Shown here: in pieces, positions 53,561 through 62,890 of the stretch
Position numbering within the stretch: the stretch's first letter is position 1
Layout: each line of letters starts with the position of its first letter
Origin: Candidatus Omnitrophota bacterium
Lineage (GTDB): Bacteria > Omnitrophota > Gorgyraeia > Gygaellales > Profunditerraquicolaceae
Assembly: GCA_017992455.1 (NCBI GenBank)
Contig: JAGOOP010000001.1
Location: 59,723-123,722, forward strand
Length of the DNA: 64,000 bases
Direction: 5' to 3'
Notes under the pieces: model-generated
The model's input: the letters and a program-made list of their open reading frames with translations, nothing else
Database searches by the model: none
Told to the model about the DNA's origin: nothing
Position numbers and translations under genes: made by a program

Positions 53561-56475
53561 TTCTTATACTTTTTGCCCGACCCGCAGGGACAGGGATCAT
53601 TACGGCCGACCCGGGGCTGGGATACTGCCGGAACAGGGGGCGCCTGGCGGGGATGCGGCTGACCGGCGGTCGGTTCAGACGGCCCGGGGGCAGGTTCGAA
53701 CTTCTGCGCCTGCGGATGCACCATGTGCTGGCTGGATGTATCGAAAACGGTCTTGACGCGCTGGGGCCTGCGTTCGGGCTGAAGCTTCAGGATGACCTCT
53801 GCGGCCTCGTCTTCGATGCCGGCGATCATCTGGCTGAAATCATTGAACGCCTCGTTCTTGTATTCAATAAGCGGATCGCGGTGGCCGTACGCCCGCAGGC
53901 CGATGCCTTCGCGCAATTTGTCCATCGCATACAGGTGGTCCTTCCACTTCGTATCGATGATCTGCAGGAACACCATGCGCTCCATGTACCTGATCGCGTC
54001 CGGGCCCGCCGCCGCCTCTTTCGCTTCATAGCATCCATTGACCGCTGCGGACAGCATATCCCGGACGGCAGAAACGTCTTTTCCCTGCATCCCGCCTGCC
54101 GTGATGTCCATGCCGAACTTCGCCGACAAAAGATCGCACAGTTCCTGCGCCTTCACCGCTTCCAGCGATCTCTCGCCCTCCTGCATCGCCGCCTGGAGAT
54201 AGCCGTCGATCGCGCGCCCGACGATCCCGAGAACCTCTTCTTTCAGAGATGTCCCTTCGAGCACGGCGCGGCGCTGCGTATAGATGACCTCGCGCTGTTT
54301 ATTCATGACATTGTCGTACTCGAGCAGCTGCTTGCGTATCTCGAAATTATGCGTCTCGACCCGCCGCTGCGCGACCTCGATGGACTTGCTCACCCAGGGA
54401 TGATTGATCACCTCTCCCTCTTCAAGGCCGAGCGTCGTCATCATGCCCGCAAGCCTGTCCGATCCGAACAAACGCATCAGGTCGTCCTCAAGCGATACGT
54501 AGAACCGCGACGATCCCGGGTCGCCCTGGCGGCCGCAGCGGCCGCGCAGCTGATTGTCGATGCGCCGCGCCTCATGGCGCTCTGTGCCCAGGACATGAAG
54601 CCCGCCGAGACCCACGACCTTCTCGTGCTCCTCCTGCGTTTCCTGCCTGAACCGCTCAAGGATCTTCCGGTATTCGTCCTCATATCCCGGTTCGTCCGGC
54701 TTCAGTTTCTGGACAGCCAGGTTTTTCGCCTTGAAGACCGCATTGCCGCCGAGCAGGATATCGGTGCCGCGGCCTGCCATGTTCGTGGCAATGGTCACGC
54801 CTTTGAACCGGCCCGCCTGCGCCACGATCTGCGCTTCCATTTCGTGGAACTTCGCATTCAGGACCTGATGCGGTATGCCGCGGCGCTTCAGGAGCTCTCC
54901 GAGCAGTTCCGATTTATCGATCGAGATCGTCCCCACGAGCACCGGCCTGCCCTGATCATTGAGCGCCACGATTTCGTCGACGACCGCTTTAAACTTCTCT
55001 TTTTCGGTCTTATAGACCATATCGGGGTGGTTGATGCGGATGAGCGGACGGTTCGTCGGCATCACGACCACGTCGAGCTTATAGATCGATTTGAATTCGT
55101 TCGCCTCGGTGAACGCCGTGCCGGTCATGCCCGCAAGCTTCTCATACATGCGGAAATAGTTCTGGAAGGTGATGGTGGCGAGCGTCTGGTTCTCCTGCTC
55201 GATCTTCATCCCTTCTTTCGACTCGATCGCCTGATGAAGGCCGTCGGACCACCGCCTGCCGGGCATGAGCCTGCCGGTGAACTCATCGACGATGACCACC
55301 TGCCCGTCCTTGACGATATATTCGCGGTCGCGCTTGTAGAATTCTTTCGCGCGCAGCGCCTGCTGGGTGTGATGCTTGAGCTCCATGGTCTCGAGCGAAT
55401 GCATGTCGGCGACGTTCCACAGACGCGCCGCCTTCGACTCCCCCTCTTCGGTCAGGGAAATGGTGTGCGCTTTCTCGTCCGCGATATAATCGTAACCCTT
55501 GCCGACATCCTCTCCCCGGTGCTTCGCCTCGATCTGGTCGTTCTCGGTGATGCGCCTGCCGCCCAGCTGGTCTGCGATACGCCGCGCAGCGGCGTATTTG
55601 TCCGTGGATTCCTCGGACGCGCCCGATATGATAAGCGGGGTGCGCGCTTCGTCGATGAGGATCGAATCGACTTCGTCGACGATGGCATAATAGAACTCGC
55701 GTTGAACGAGGTCCGCAACCGCGTATTTCATATTGTCGCGCAGATAATCGAACCCGAACTCGTTGTTCGTTCCGTAGGTGATATCGCAGCCGTAGGCATG
55801 CTGGCGCTGGCTGTCGGACATATCGTGCTGGATGACGCCCACGGACAATCCGAGGAATTGATATACCGGCCCCATCCATTCGCTGTCGCGTTTTGCCAGA
55901 TAATCGTTGACCGTGACGACATGGACGCCTTTACCCAGGAGCGCGTTCAGATATGCGGGCAGCGTGGCGACCAGCGTCTTGCCCTCCCCGGTCGCCATCT
56001 CGGCGATCTTGCCTTCGTGGAGGATGATGCCGCCGGCGATCTGGACGTCGAAATGGCGCAGGCCGATGGTCCGGCGCGACGCCTCGCGGACAACGGCGAA
56101 CGCCTCGGGAAGGATCCCGTCGTAGATCGTGTTGCGCGCCAGCTTGATCTTATCTTTCAAGCGGTCTTTCTCCTCCTGGATCGTGACCGCCAGAAGCTGT
56201 TCCTGCAGATCGCGAAGTTTCGGCTCGATGCGCGCGGACTCCTCGGCGATGCGCTGTCTGAATTCAGCGGTTTTGGCCGCAAGCTGCGCGTCGGAAAGCT
56301 TTTCCACCGCCGGCTCGAGCGCGTTCACTTTTGCCACGACGCGCGCAAGCGCCGGGATCGCGCCGATCGACGACACGGGCATTTCCTTGTTCAGGACGAT
56401 GTTCACGCCGGGATACGAGCGGATGATCTTTTTCTGCGCCCTGCGCAGGGAAACATTCCTGATAAATCCGAGCAT
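53545..56475 (-). CDS. secA: preprotein translocase ATPase SecA
   Basis: Start trimmed to MLGFIRNV (ATG at 56475, 14 nt after the prfB stop). [10 protein letters not shown] Walker [19 protein letters not shown], and C-terminal zinc motif [13 protein letters not shown]. Confidence 0.95.
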   Translation of the reverse strand: MLGFIRNVSLRRAQKKIIRSYPGVNIVLNKEMPVSSIGAIPALARVVAKVNALEPAVEKLSDAQLAAKTAEFRQRIAEESARIEPKLRDLQEQLLAVTIQEEKDRLKDKIKLARNTIYDGILPEAFAVVREASRRTIGLRHFDVQIAGGIILHEGKIAEMATGEGKTLVATLPAYLNALLGKGVHVVTVNDYLAKRDSEWMGPVYQFLGLSVGVIQHDMSDSQRQHAYGCDITYGTNNEFGFDYLRDNMKYAVADLVQREFYYAIVDEVDSILIDEARTPLIISGASEESTDKYAAARRIADQLGGRRITENDQIEAKHRGEDVGKGYDYIADEKAHTISLTEEGESKAARLWNVADMHSLETMELKHHTQQALRAKEFYKRDREYIVKDGQVVIVDEFTGRLMPGRRWSDGLHQAIESKEGMKIEQENQTLATITFQNYFRMYEKLAGMTGTAFTEANEFKSIYKLDVVVMPTNRPLIRINHPDMVYKTEKEKFKAVVDEIVALNDQGRPVLVGTISIDKSELLGELLKRRGIPHQVLNAKFHEMEAQIVAQAGRFKGVTIATNMAGRGTDILLGGNAVFKAKNLAVQKLKPDEPGYEDEYRKILERFRQETQEEHEKVVGLGGLHVLGTERHEARRIDNQLRGRCGRQGDPGSSRFYVSLEDDLMRLFGSDRLAGMMTTLGLEEGEVINHPWVSKSIEVAQRRVETHNFEIRKQLLEYDNVMNKQREVIYTQRRAVLEGTSLKEEVLGIVGRAIDGYLQAAMQEGERSLEAVKAQELCDLLSAKFGMDITAGGMQGKDVSAVRDMLSAAVNGCYEAKEAAAGPDAIRYMERMVFLQIIDTKWKDHLYAMDKLREGIGLRAYGHRDPLIEYKNEAFNDFSQMIAGIEDEAAEVILKLQPERRPQRVKTVFDTSSQHMVHPQAQKFEPAPGPSEPTAGQPHPRQAPPVPAVSQPRVGRNDPCPCGSGKKYKKCCGQ

Positions 56476-56489
56476 ATGATAAACCTTGG

Positions 56490-57603
56490 TTAACGGCCCG
56501 CGGCCGAGTTCTGCGCGCTGAACCGCAGGAACGCTTCTATAAAATCGTCTATCCTGCCGTCGAGCACCGCGTTGACGTTGCCGGTCTCGTGATCGGTGCG
56601 GTGGTCCTTGATCAGGGTGTACGGCTGGAGGACGTATGACCGGATCTGCGAACCCCATTCGATGCGTTTCTTTTCGGTCGAATGCTTTGCGAGCTCTTCC
56701 TCGCGCTTCTTTTCCTGCAGTTCATACAACTTGGCTTTTAAAACCTTGAGCGCGGTCTGCTTGTTCTGGTGCTGCGACCGTTCGTTCTGGCACTGGGCGG
56801 ATAATCCGGTCGGCACGTGCGTGATGCGGACCGCCGTGTCGGATTTCTGCATGTGCTGGCCGCCGGCGCCCTGCGCCCTGAACGTTTCGATGCTCAGGTC
56901 CTTTTCGTCGATGGCAACGCCCTCTCCTTCGCCGATATCCGGGATCACGTCAACGGAAGCGAACGACGTGTGCCTGCGCTTGTTCGAATCGAACGGGGAT
57001 ATCCGCACGAGCCGGTGCACTCCCCGTTCGGTCCTCAGATACCCGAACGCAAACTCCCCGTCGATCATGATCGTGACGTTCTTGACGCCCGCTTCCTCGC
57101 CCGGAAGCAGATCGAGCGTCCGCACCGAATAACCCTTGTCCTCGGCCCAGCGCGTGTACATGCGCAGCAGCATCCCGGCCCAGTCGCACGCCTCGGTGCC
57201 GCCGGCGCCCGCGTTGATGCTCAGGATGGCGCCGTTGGCGTCCACCGGGCCGCTCAATAACGTCTTGAACTCGACACGCGCCAGTTCATCCTGCAACGAG
57301 GCGATATCTTTTTCGATGTCCGCGATCAATTCATGATCGCCGGGGCCCGCAAGGGAAACGAGCTCCGCCAGTTCATTGTGTTTCTTGAACGAATGTTCCC
57401 AGGGTTCGACGATTGACTTGAGGGTTTTAAGTTTTCGCACGACGACGGTCGCATTCTGCTCGTCGTTCCAGAAATCCGGCAGGGACATTGCGCGGGACAA
57501 ACGGTCTATTTCCTGCTGCTTGGCATCAATGTCAAAGATACCCTCTGAGGTTCCGGATACTGATACCGGCAGCGGCGAGTTTTTCCCGAATATCTGCAAT
57601 CAT
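56490..57603 (-). CDS. prfB: peptide chain release factor 2 (requires a programmed +1 frameshift at 57537-57531)
   Basis: Frame 0 from the ATG at 57603: [23 protein letters not shown] then TGA. The +1 frame continues [12 protein letters not shown]... with SPF and GGQ motifs. The track ORF start (TTG at 57599) is an artefact. Confidence 0.9.
57531..57546 (-). promoter_or_regulatory. prfB +1 frameshift site
   Basis: Minus strand: AGAGGG TAT CTT TGA C. This is an SD-like element plus the CTT-TGA-C slippery stop, as in the classical RF2 autoregulatory site. Confidence 0.85.
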
Positions 57604-57617
57604 GCTGATCGTCTCCT

Positions 57618-58694
57618 CTATTTTTTGATGCCTTTGAGCGCAAGGATCAGTTCGTCCTTGCTGTCGGCATATTCCATTGCTTCCCCTTCGCTGATCATGC
57701 CGTCCTTGACCAGCCGGGACAGCGATTGATTGAACGACATCATCCCGAACAATTCGCTCTCTTCCAGGAACCGCGTGATCTCACCGATCTTGCCTTCACG
57801 GATCAACCTGCCCATCGTCGGGGTCAGGGTCATCACTTCGGCCGCGGGCACGCGCGCCGTCCCGTCCTTGATCGGGATAAGACGGAGGGATACGATGCCC
57901 TTGAGCAAAAACGACAGCTGGGTGCGTATCTGCTGGTGCTGGTGCGGCGGGAAGAAATTTATCATCCGTTCCACGGTTTGCGACGCATTGACCGTATGCA
58001 GCGTGCTCAGGACAAGGACCCCGGTCTCGGCGACGGTCAACGCCGCCTGCATGGTCTCGTAGTCGCGGATATTGCCGATGTAAATGACATCGGGGCTCTG
58101 GAGCGTGAACGCCCGCAGCGCCAGCGGATACGACGTGACATCCTTGCCGATCTCCCGCTGATTGATCAGCGATTTCTTGTCCGTAAAGGTGAATTCGATC
58201 GGCTCTTCAAGCGTAAAGATATGCTTGTACGCATTATTATTGATATACTCGACCATGCTGGCGATCGTCGTCGATTTACCCGACCCCATGGTCCCGGTCA
58301 GAAGGACGATGCCCCGGCGCTCCATGGCCAGTTTCTTCAATATCTCCGCGGGGACCTTGAGGTCCTCGAGCGTTTTGGAGACCGGCGGGATGTTCCTGCA
58401 TACGATCGACGGCCAGTTGCGTTGCATGAATATGCTGATGCGGAACCGGCGCCGCAATCCCGGCTCATAATACGCAAAATCGATATCCTTTGCCCTGCGG
58501 AACATTTCGCGCGCTTCCTCGGACAGGAGCTTCTGCAAAGCCATTTCGATGTCGTCGATCGAAACCTGCGTCTCGGTGACGGCAAGGACCTGCCCGTTCA
58601 GGCGCATCCTGACCGTAGAACCCGCACGGAAAAAAAGATCCGACCCGTCCTTCTCGACGAGCATTGCCAGAAAATCGGATATGTCCATACCCAT
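57618..58694 (-). CDS. pilT: type IV pilus retraction ATPase PilT family
   Basis: 358 aa. GTMGSGKST Walker A and PilT-type Asp/His boxes. Confidence 0.85.
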   Translation of the reverse strand: MGMDISDFLAMLVEKDGSDLFFRAGSTVRMRLNGQVLAVTETQVSIDDIEMALQKLLSEEAREMFRRAKDIDFAYYEPGLRRRFRISIFMQRNWPSIVCRNIPPVSKTLEDLKVPAEILKKLAMERRGIVLLTGTMGSGKSTTIASMVEYINNNAYKHIFTLEEPIEFTFTDKKSLINQREIGKDVTSYPLALRAFTLQSPDVIYIGNIRDYETMQAALTVAETGVLVLSTLHTVNASQTVERMINFFPPHQHQQIRTQLSFLLKGIVSLRLIPIKDGTARVPAAEVMTLTPTMGRLIREGKIGEITRFLEESELFGMMSFNQSLSRLVKDGMISEGEAMEYADSKDELILALKGIKK

Positions 58695-58724
58695 TTCATT
58701 GCCCTCCGGTTATGCCTTGAATGA

Positions 58725-60215
58725 TTATACCACTTTCCTCGTTTTTTCCGTAGCAGAAAATTCCATATACCGGCCGAACATGAGCCTCGTCTGCGCGTCA
58801 AGGGCGGGCGTGGAGCCCAAAAGCACGATGACGGCGGGAACGATCAGCCATTCGGCCGCCATCACAAGGTTCCTGGACCACGGCACGTCTTTGGGCCGCG
58901 GTGGCAGTATGGTCCACGACAGGACGATCCACACAAGGCTGGCATAGAGCGTAAAATCGAACAAAAGCCCGGTGATGCGCGGCAGATTATAGCCGATCGC
59001 CGACTGGGCGAAAAACCTGCCGCCCAGAAGCATCGGCAGGGACCCTATGACCCCGATAATGATCGCCCAGGTCGCCCAGGTAACATGGCTTTCGAGCAGC
59101 TGGAACGACCGGCGCATCTTGACCGCTGCGGGGATATGCCGGTTTTTCAGGAGCCTGCTGACGAGGAACGCGAAATTCTCGACCCCCCAGGCCCACCGGC
59201 GCTTTTGCTTATACTGCACCCAGAGCGTCTTAAAAAAACTGCTGCTGTACGCGGCGTCCATGGAAACCGTGGTATATAACGGGACAACGCGGTAGGCGCC
59301 GTTGAAATGCAGGAACGCCTTCCAGTATACGACTGAATCGTCGGAGATCATGTCCACGGGCCAGTAATCGATATCGACGAGCGTCCGGAACGACATGCTG
59401 TGGCTCGAGAACGTGACGAATTTCTCGATGCGCATGCTTTCGATCATCTGGCAGAAAGAAGCGCTCGTCTCGATGATGCGGGCAAAGGCCGGCGCATACC
59501 AGATATTATTGTTATACACAGGCACGGGCTGGTAGCTTGCCTGGTGGGGCTGCGGCACGGTCAGGAAATGGTACGCGAGACAGCCGAAATATTCCCGGTC
59601 AACGCAGGTGTCCGCGTCGAAACAGGAAACGATGACGCGCTCAAGAGGCACCCCCCGGGACTGGAAATATTCTTTCGACCGTTTCGCCGCCCAGGTCGCA
59701 TTCGCGCCCTTGAGCCGCTTCTCTCCCGGCAGGCGGTCGGGATGGAACATGACGAGCAGATCGCCGAACGTCTTTTCGTATTCCCGCGCAAGGATCTGCC
59801 CATATTCCCGCGAGGGCCCGTGGCGCTCTTCGAACGCAAGGACAACGATCATCCGGTCACGCGCATAATGGGTATGCCGGAGGGCCTCGAGGGAAGGCCG
59901 CAGAATATCGGGCCCTTCCTTATAGACGGGAAAAATGACGAGCTGGTAGATCTGCTCCCACGCGGGGATCTTCTGGCACGCGCGGAACCACGGCCGCCTG
60001 CGCTGTTTTGCAAGCTGGCGGTTTGCCAGAAGCAGCAATGTCGTCAGGTAAATCGTGCGGATGATCCAGTAGAAATCAAAAACGATGATGAGGACGGCGC
60101 AATAAACGGGCTTCCAGATCGCCAGAACGACGAAAAAAGCGATGATGCTCCATGAAAGAGCTCCCGGCGCTATTTCAAGGATGCGCATCAGGCGCCGGTT
60201 ATGGTTTTTTCCCAT
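58725..60215 (-). CDS. membrane-embedded family-2 glycosyltransferase (processive, QxxRW type)
   Basis: 496 aa. N- and C-terminal TM segments. CFDADT and QYKQKRRWAWG motifs. Confidence 0.75.
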   Translation of the reverse strand: MGKNHNRRLMRILEIAPGALSWSIIAFFVVLAIWKPVYCAVLIIVFDFYWIIRTIYLTTLLLLANRQLAKQRRRPWFRACQKIPAWEQIYQLVIFPVYKEGPDILRPSLEALRHTHYARDRMIVVLAFEERHGPSREYGQILAREYEKTFGDLLVMFHPDRLPGEKRLKGANATWAAKRSKEYFQSRGVPLERVIVSCFDADTCVDREYFGCLAYHFLTVPQPHQASYQPVPVYNNNIWYAPAFARIIETSASFCQMIESMRIEKFVTFSSHSMSFRTLVDIDYWPVDMISDDSVVYWKAFLHFNGAYRVVPLYTTVSMDAAYSSSFFKTLWVQYKQKRRWAWGVENFAFLVSRLLKNRHIPAAVKMRRSFQLLESHVTWATWAIIIGVIGSLPMLLGGRFFAQSAIGYNLPRITGLLFDFTLYASLVWIVLSWTILPPRPKDVPWSRNLVMAAEWLIVPAVIVLLGSTPALDAQTRLMFGRYMEFSATEKTRKVV

Positions 60216-61200
60216 CTTTCTTCTCTTCCAGCCGCCAGTCGAGCAGATTCATGCGCTGCTCAAGGCCTTTGAGCGTTATAAAATCGGGCAGGGTGAACGG
60301 ATACACGCGGTTTCGCATCTCGAGCCGGTACAGATTGTCGTACGTATTGCCGTCCGGAGCCTCCTGGGAATCCATGAAATACAGGCTGTCGGACCGGGGA
60401 TCATAGAAGCCTGCGGAGTTGCGCTTTGCCAGGTTTACCAGCGTCACGGGGCCGGCGCCTTCGCGCGCCTCACAGATAACAATGCGTTTTCTGCAGATCA
60501 GAATGATATGATAGCTGTCCGCATACCAGAACATATCGTTGATCGTGTCAGACGGGAAATTCAGGATGACGGTATTAGGAAAGACTGGTTTTCTCTTCCC
60601 CTGAGGCAATTCGACGATACCGACCTGGCGCTGATTAAAATACGCAAGCCGTGTCCGGTCCGGAGAGATCTCCCACTTCCTGGGCAGAGGCGCGATCGGC
60701 GTGAACGAACAGAGCTGTTCGAAACGGTTGCCTTCGAGGTCCGAACGATACACCAGGTTCTCATCCTGGTTGACGTAATATACCGAGGCACGGGCATCGT
60801 CGGTCCAGAACAGCGATATCCGCTCCTTGTTCACCTGCTGGATATCGGGCCGTAAGGGGAACAGGATGACTTTTTCCAGCCGCGAAACCCGGGCCCCTTC
60901 CACCTCGACATCGCGGGCATAAGGATAATAGCCTTCCAGTTCAAGCGTAACGCTGTGCGTGCCGGGGAGCAGCTCGGTGACGGAAAGCGGCGTTTTATCT
61001 GCAAGGCGTTCGCCGTCAATGGTGACCCCGGCGCCCGGCGGCTGGCTTCTGACCGAGATGATGCCGGTCTTGGTGAATTTAAAACTGCGGCGGTCGAATT
61101 TATAACTGAGGGAGAATGCCAGGATGAACGGCAGCCCCACAAGAAAAACGGACACGCTGACGTAATAAAGGACGGTCCTTATTTTCTGGTCAGCAGACAT
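60199..61200 (-). CDS. PEGA domain membrane protein with a beta-rich C-terminal domain
   Basis: 333 aa. N-terminal TM segment, then SQPPGAGVTIDGERLADKTPLSVTELLPGTHSVTLELEGY (PEGA). Confidence 0.7.
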   Translation of the reverse strand: MSADQKIRTVLYYVSVSVFLVGLPFILAFSLSYKFDRRSFKFTKTGIISVRSQPPGAGVTIDGERLADKTPLSVTELLPGTHSVTLELEGYYPYARDVEVEGARVSRLEKVILFPLRPDIQQVNKERISLFWTDDARASVYYVNQDENLVYRSDLEGNRFEQLCSFTPIAPLPRKWEISPDRTRLAYFNQRQVGIVELPQGKRKPVFPNTVILNFPSDTINDMFWYADSYHIILICRKRIVICEAREGAGPVTLVNLAKRNSAGFYDPRSDSLYFMDSQEAPDGNTYDNLYRLEMRNRVYPFTLPDFITLKGLEQRMNLLDWRLEEKKDGKKP

Positions 61201-61457
61201 TGCCGTATGGCCCTTTCATAATCTAAAAGCGTTTTTTTTCTGCGAAGCCCGAACACGTACCCGCCGAGCGAATGATCGCTGGCGATCACCCGGTGGCAGG
61301 GGATGATCCCGGGCCACGGATTGTGCTTCAGTATTTGCCCGACCGCGCGGCACGCGCCGGGCCTGCCCGCTTGAGCGGCGACCCATCGATACGACCGCGT
61401 CTGCCCGACGGGAATGGCGCTGACGATACGGTAGACTTTCCGCGCAAAAGGAGTCAT
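61179..61457 (-). CDS. ogt: methylated-DNA--protein-cysteine methyltransferase (active-site domain only)
   Basis: 92 aa. PCHRVI active site and the HTH part. ATGA overlap with uvrC. Confidence 0.85.
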   Translation of the reverse strand: MTPFARKVYRIVSAIPVGQTRSYRWVAAQAGRPGACRAVGQILKHNPWPGIIPCHRVIASDHSLGGYVFGLRRKKTLLDYERAIRQCLLTRK

Positions 61458-62704
61458 GATCCGAAGGTCTTTTTGCTGTGAAGAAGATGATGGTATGCCC
61501 GCGCAAACCGGTGCGCCTCGTCCCTGACCCTGCGGATCAGGTTCAACGCAGGAGTATCGTGCTTAAGCCGGACGGGCTTGTCCCTGCCTTTAATATACAG
61601 GTTCTCGTCCTCTTTGGCAATACTTAACAGCGCGCATGATACCCCGAGGCCCGCGAGGACCTCCTGAGCGGCTGCCAGGTGCTGTTTCCCGCCGTCAATG
61701 ATCACCAGGTCTGGCAAGCCGGCGCGCTCCGTTGTCAGGCGCGCGTACCTGCGCCGCACCACTTCCCTGATCATGGCGTAATCGTCGATGCCCGAGACCG
61801 TCTTGATCCTGAAGCGGCGGTAATTCTTTTTATCGGGCGCGCCTTTATAAAAGCTCACCATCGAACCCGTGGCCTCCTGGCCGGAGATATTCGAGATATC
61901 GAACCCCTCGATGCGCAGCGGCATATGCTTCAGGCCCGCCAGATGCTTGAGATCCTCAAGCTGGTCGGCGCTGGTAAAATGCACGGTATCCCTGCCGATA
62001 GCGCAGAGCGCGAAGATCCGGTCGCGCAATACAGCCGCATCTTCGAACCGGCGCTCCTCAGACGCCCGGCGCATCTCGAACGACAGCGTATCGATGAGCT
62101 GCTCGTATTTCGAATCGAGGAACAAGCGGATATCGCGGATGATCCCGGCATATTTCTGCGCATCGATGAGGCCGGCGCACGGCGCAGGGCACAGCCTGAG
62201 CCGGTGATACAGGCACGGCCGGGCAGGCATGGACGCGCACGTGCGGAAACCGAATATCTTGCGCACGGCCTTGAGCGCCTGGCGCAGGACCTTTGAATTC
62301 GCGTACGGGCCGTAATATACCGCTTTGTCTTTCCTGCGCTTTTCCGGGTCCTTGTTGCGGCATATCGTTATCGCGGGAAACGCATCGTCCGATATCCTGA
62401 TCAGCGGGAACGATTTGTCGTCTTTCAGGCTGATATTATACTGCGGCTGTTTTTCCTTGATAAGCGACGCTTCGAGAAGCTGGGCCTGGAATTCAGTGGG
62501 GGTGAGGATATATTCAAGGTCAAAGATACGGCCGACGAGCGCCTGGGTCTTTGCCGAAAGGAACCGGTTGAAATACGACTGCACGCGCTTTTTGAGGACC
62601 TTCGCCTTCCCTATATATATGATATTGCCGGAAGCGTCCTTGTAGATATAGACGCCCGGGGCTTCGGGAAGCGCATCGACTTTTCGCTTAAGTTCTGTAT
62701 CCAT
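61454..62704 (-). CDS. uvrC: excinuclease ABC subunit C, short form lacking the C-terminal (HhH)2 domain
   Basis: 416 aa. GIY-YIG (PGVYIYKD..IIYIGKA), UVR domain, and EGFDISN...IIDGGKQHL...VRDEAHRFA. It ends just after this block. Confidence 0.85.
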   Translation of the reverse strand: MDTELKRKVDALPEAPGVYIYKDASGNIIYIGKAKVLKKRVQSYFNRFLSAKTQALVGRIFDLEYILTPTEFQAQLLEASLIKEKQPQYNISLKDDKSFPLIRISDDAFPAITICRNKDPEKRRKDKAVYYGPYANSKVLRQALKAVRKIFGFRTCASMPARPCLYHRLRLCPAPCAGLIDAQKYAGIIRDIRLFLDSKYEQLIDTLSFEMRRASEERRFEDAAVLRDRIFALCAIGRDTVHFTSADQLEDLKHLAGLKHMPLRIEGFDISNISGQEATGSMVSFYKGAPDKKNYRRFRIKTVSGIDDYAMIREVVRRRYARLTTERAGLPDLVIIDGGKQHLAAAQEVLAGLGVSCALLSIAKEDENLYIKGRDKPVRLKHDTPALNLIRRVRDEAHRFARAYHHLLHSKKTFGS

Positions 62705-62713
62705 CGTATTCCC

Positions 62714-62885
62714 GTTGCGGCATCCGTTCTGCCTGCGTCCTCAGGGACGCTCCTGCGGCCCCGGCGTGGCCGCAGTCGCTCGATTCCGGCCCCTCGCTCT
62801 TGCAGACCATCATTGGCAGCGGCAATCCATGCCCGCTCGGGGCCTCCAACGCCCTTCGGATCGCAGGCAGAACGGATGCCGCAAC
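62714..62885. ncRNA. structured intergenic element E4: 24-bp perfect closing stem plus a conserved core (second copy of the E1 family)
   Basis: 62714-62737 gttgcggcatccgttctgcctgcg is the exact reverse complement of 62862-62885. The core is collinear with E1, including the 17-nt identity cggccccggcgtggccg. Confidence 0.6.
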
Positions 62886-62890
62886 CTGAA

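Noticed and set aside
53653-56493. A 946-aa ORF on the + strand, one of the longest in the track.
   Set aside because: It is exactly antisense to secA. The translation is Arg/Leu/Asp/His-rich and low in complexity, with no motifs. This is the usual high-GC artefact of long open antisense frames. The same applies to 519-1727, 655-2025, 8374-9258, 9940-10740, 40654-41508, 57726-58724 and 59400-60155.
56490-57599. The track start of prfB ([13 protein letters not shown]...).
   Set aside because: The start codon is a TTG. These residues are the +1 reading of the true frame-0 N-terminus, which is replaced by the frameshift model starting at 57603.
62714-62885. A MITE/Correia-like mobile element, or an integron attC site.
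   Set aside because: The arms of E1 and E4 are unrelated to each other, whereas a MITE family would share terminal inverted repeats. No target-site duplication flanks either copy. The E4 ends read GTT...AAC outermost, the reverse of the attC R''(..AAC)/R'(GTT..) arrangement. No integrase or transposase is present in the window.
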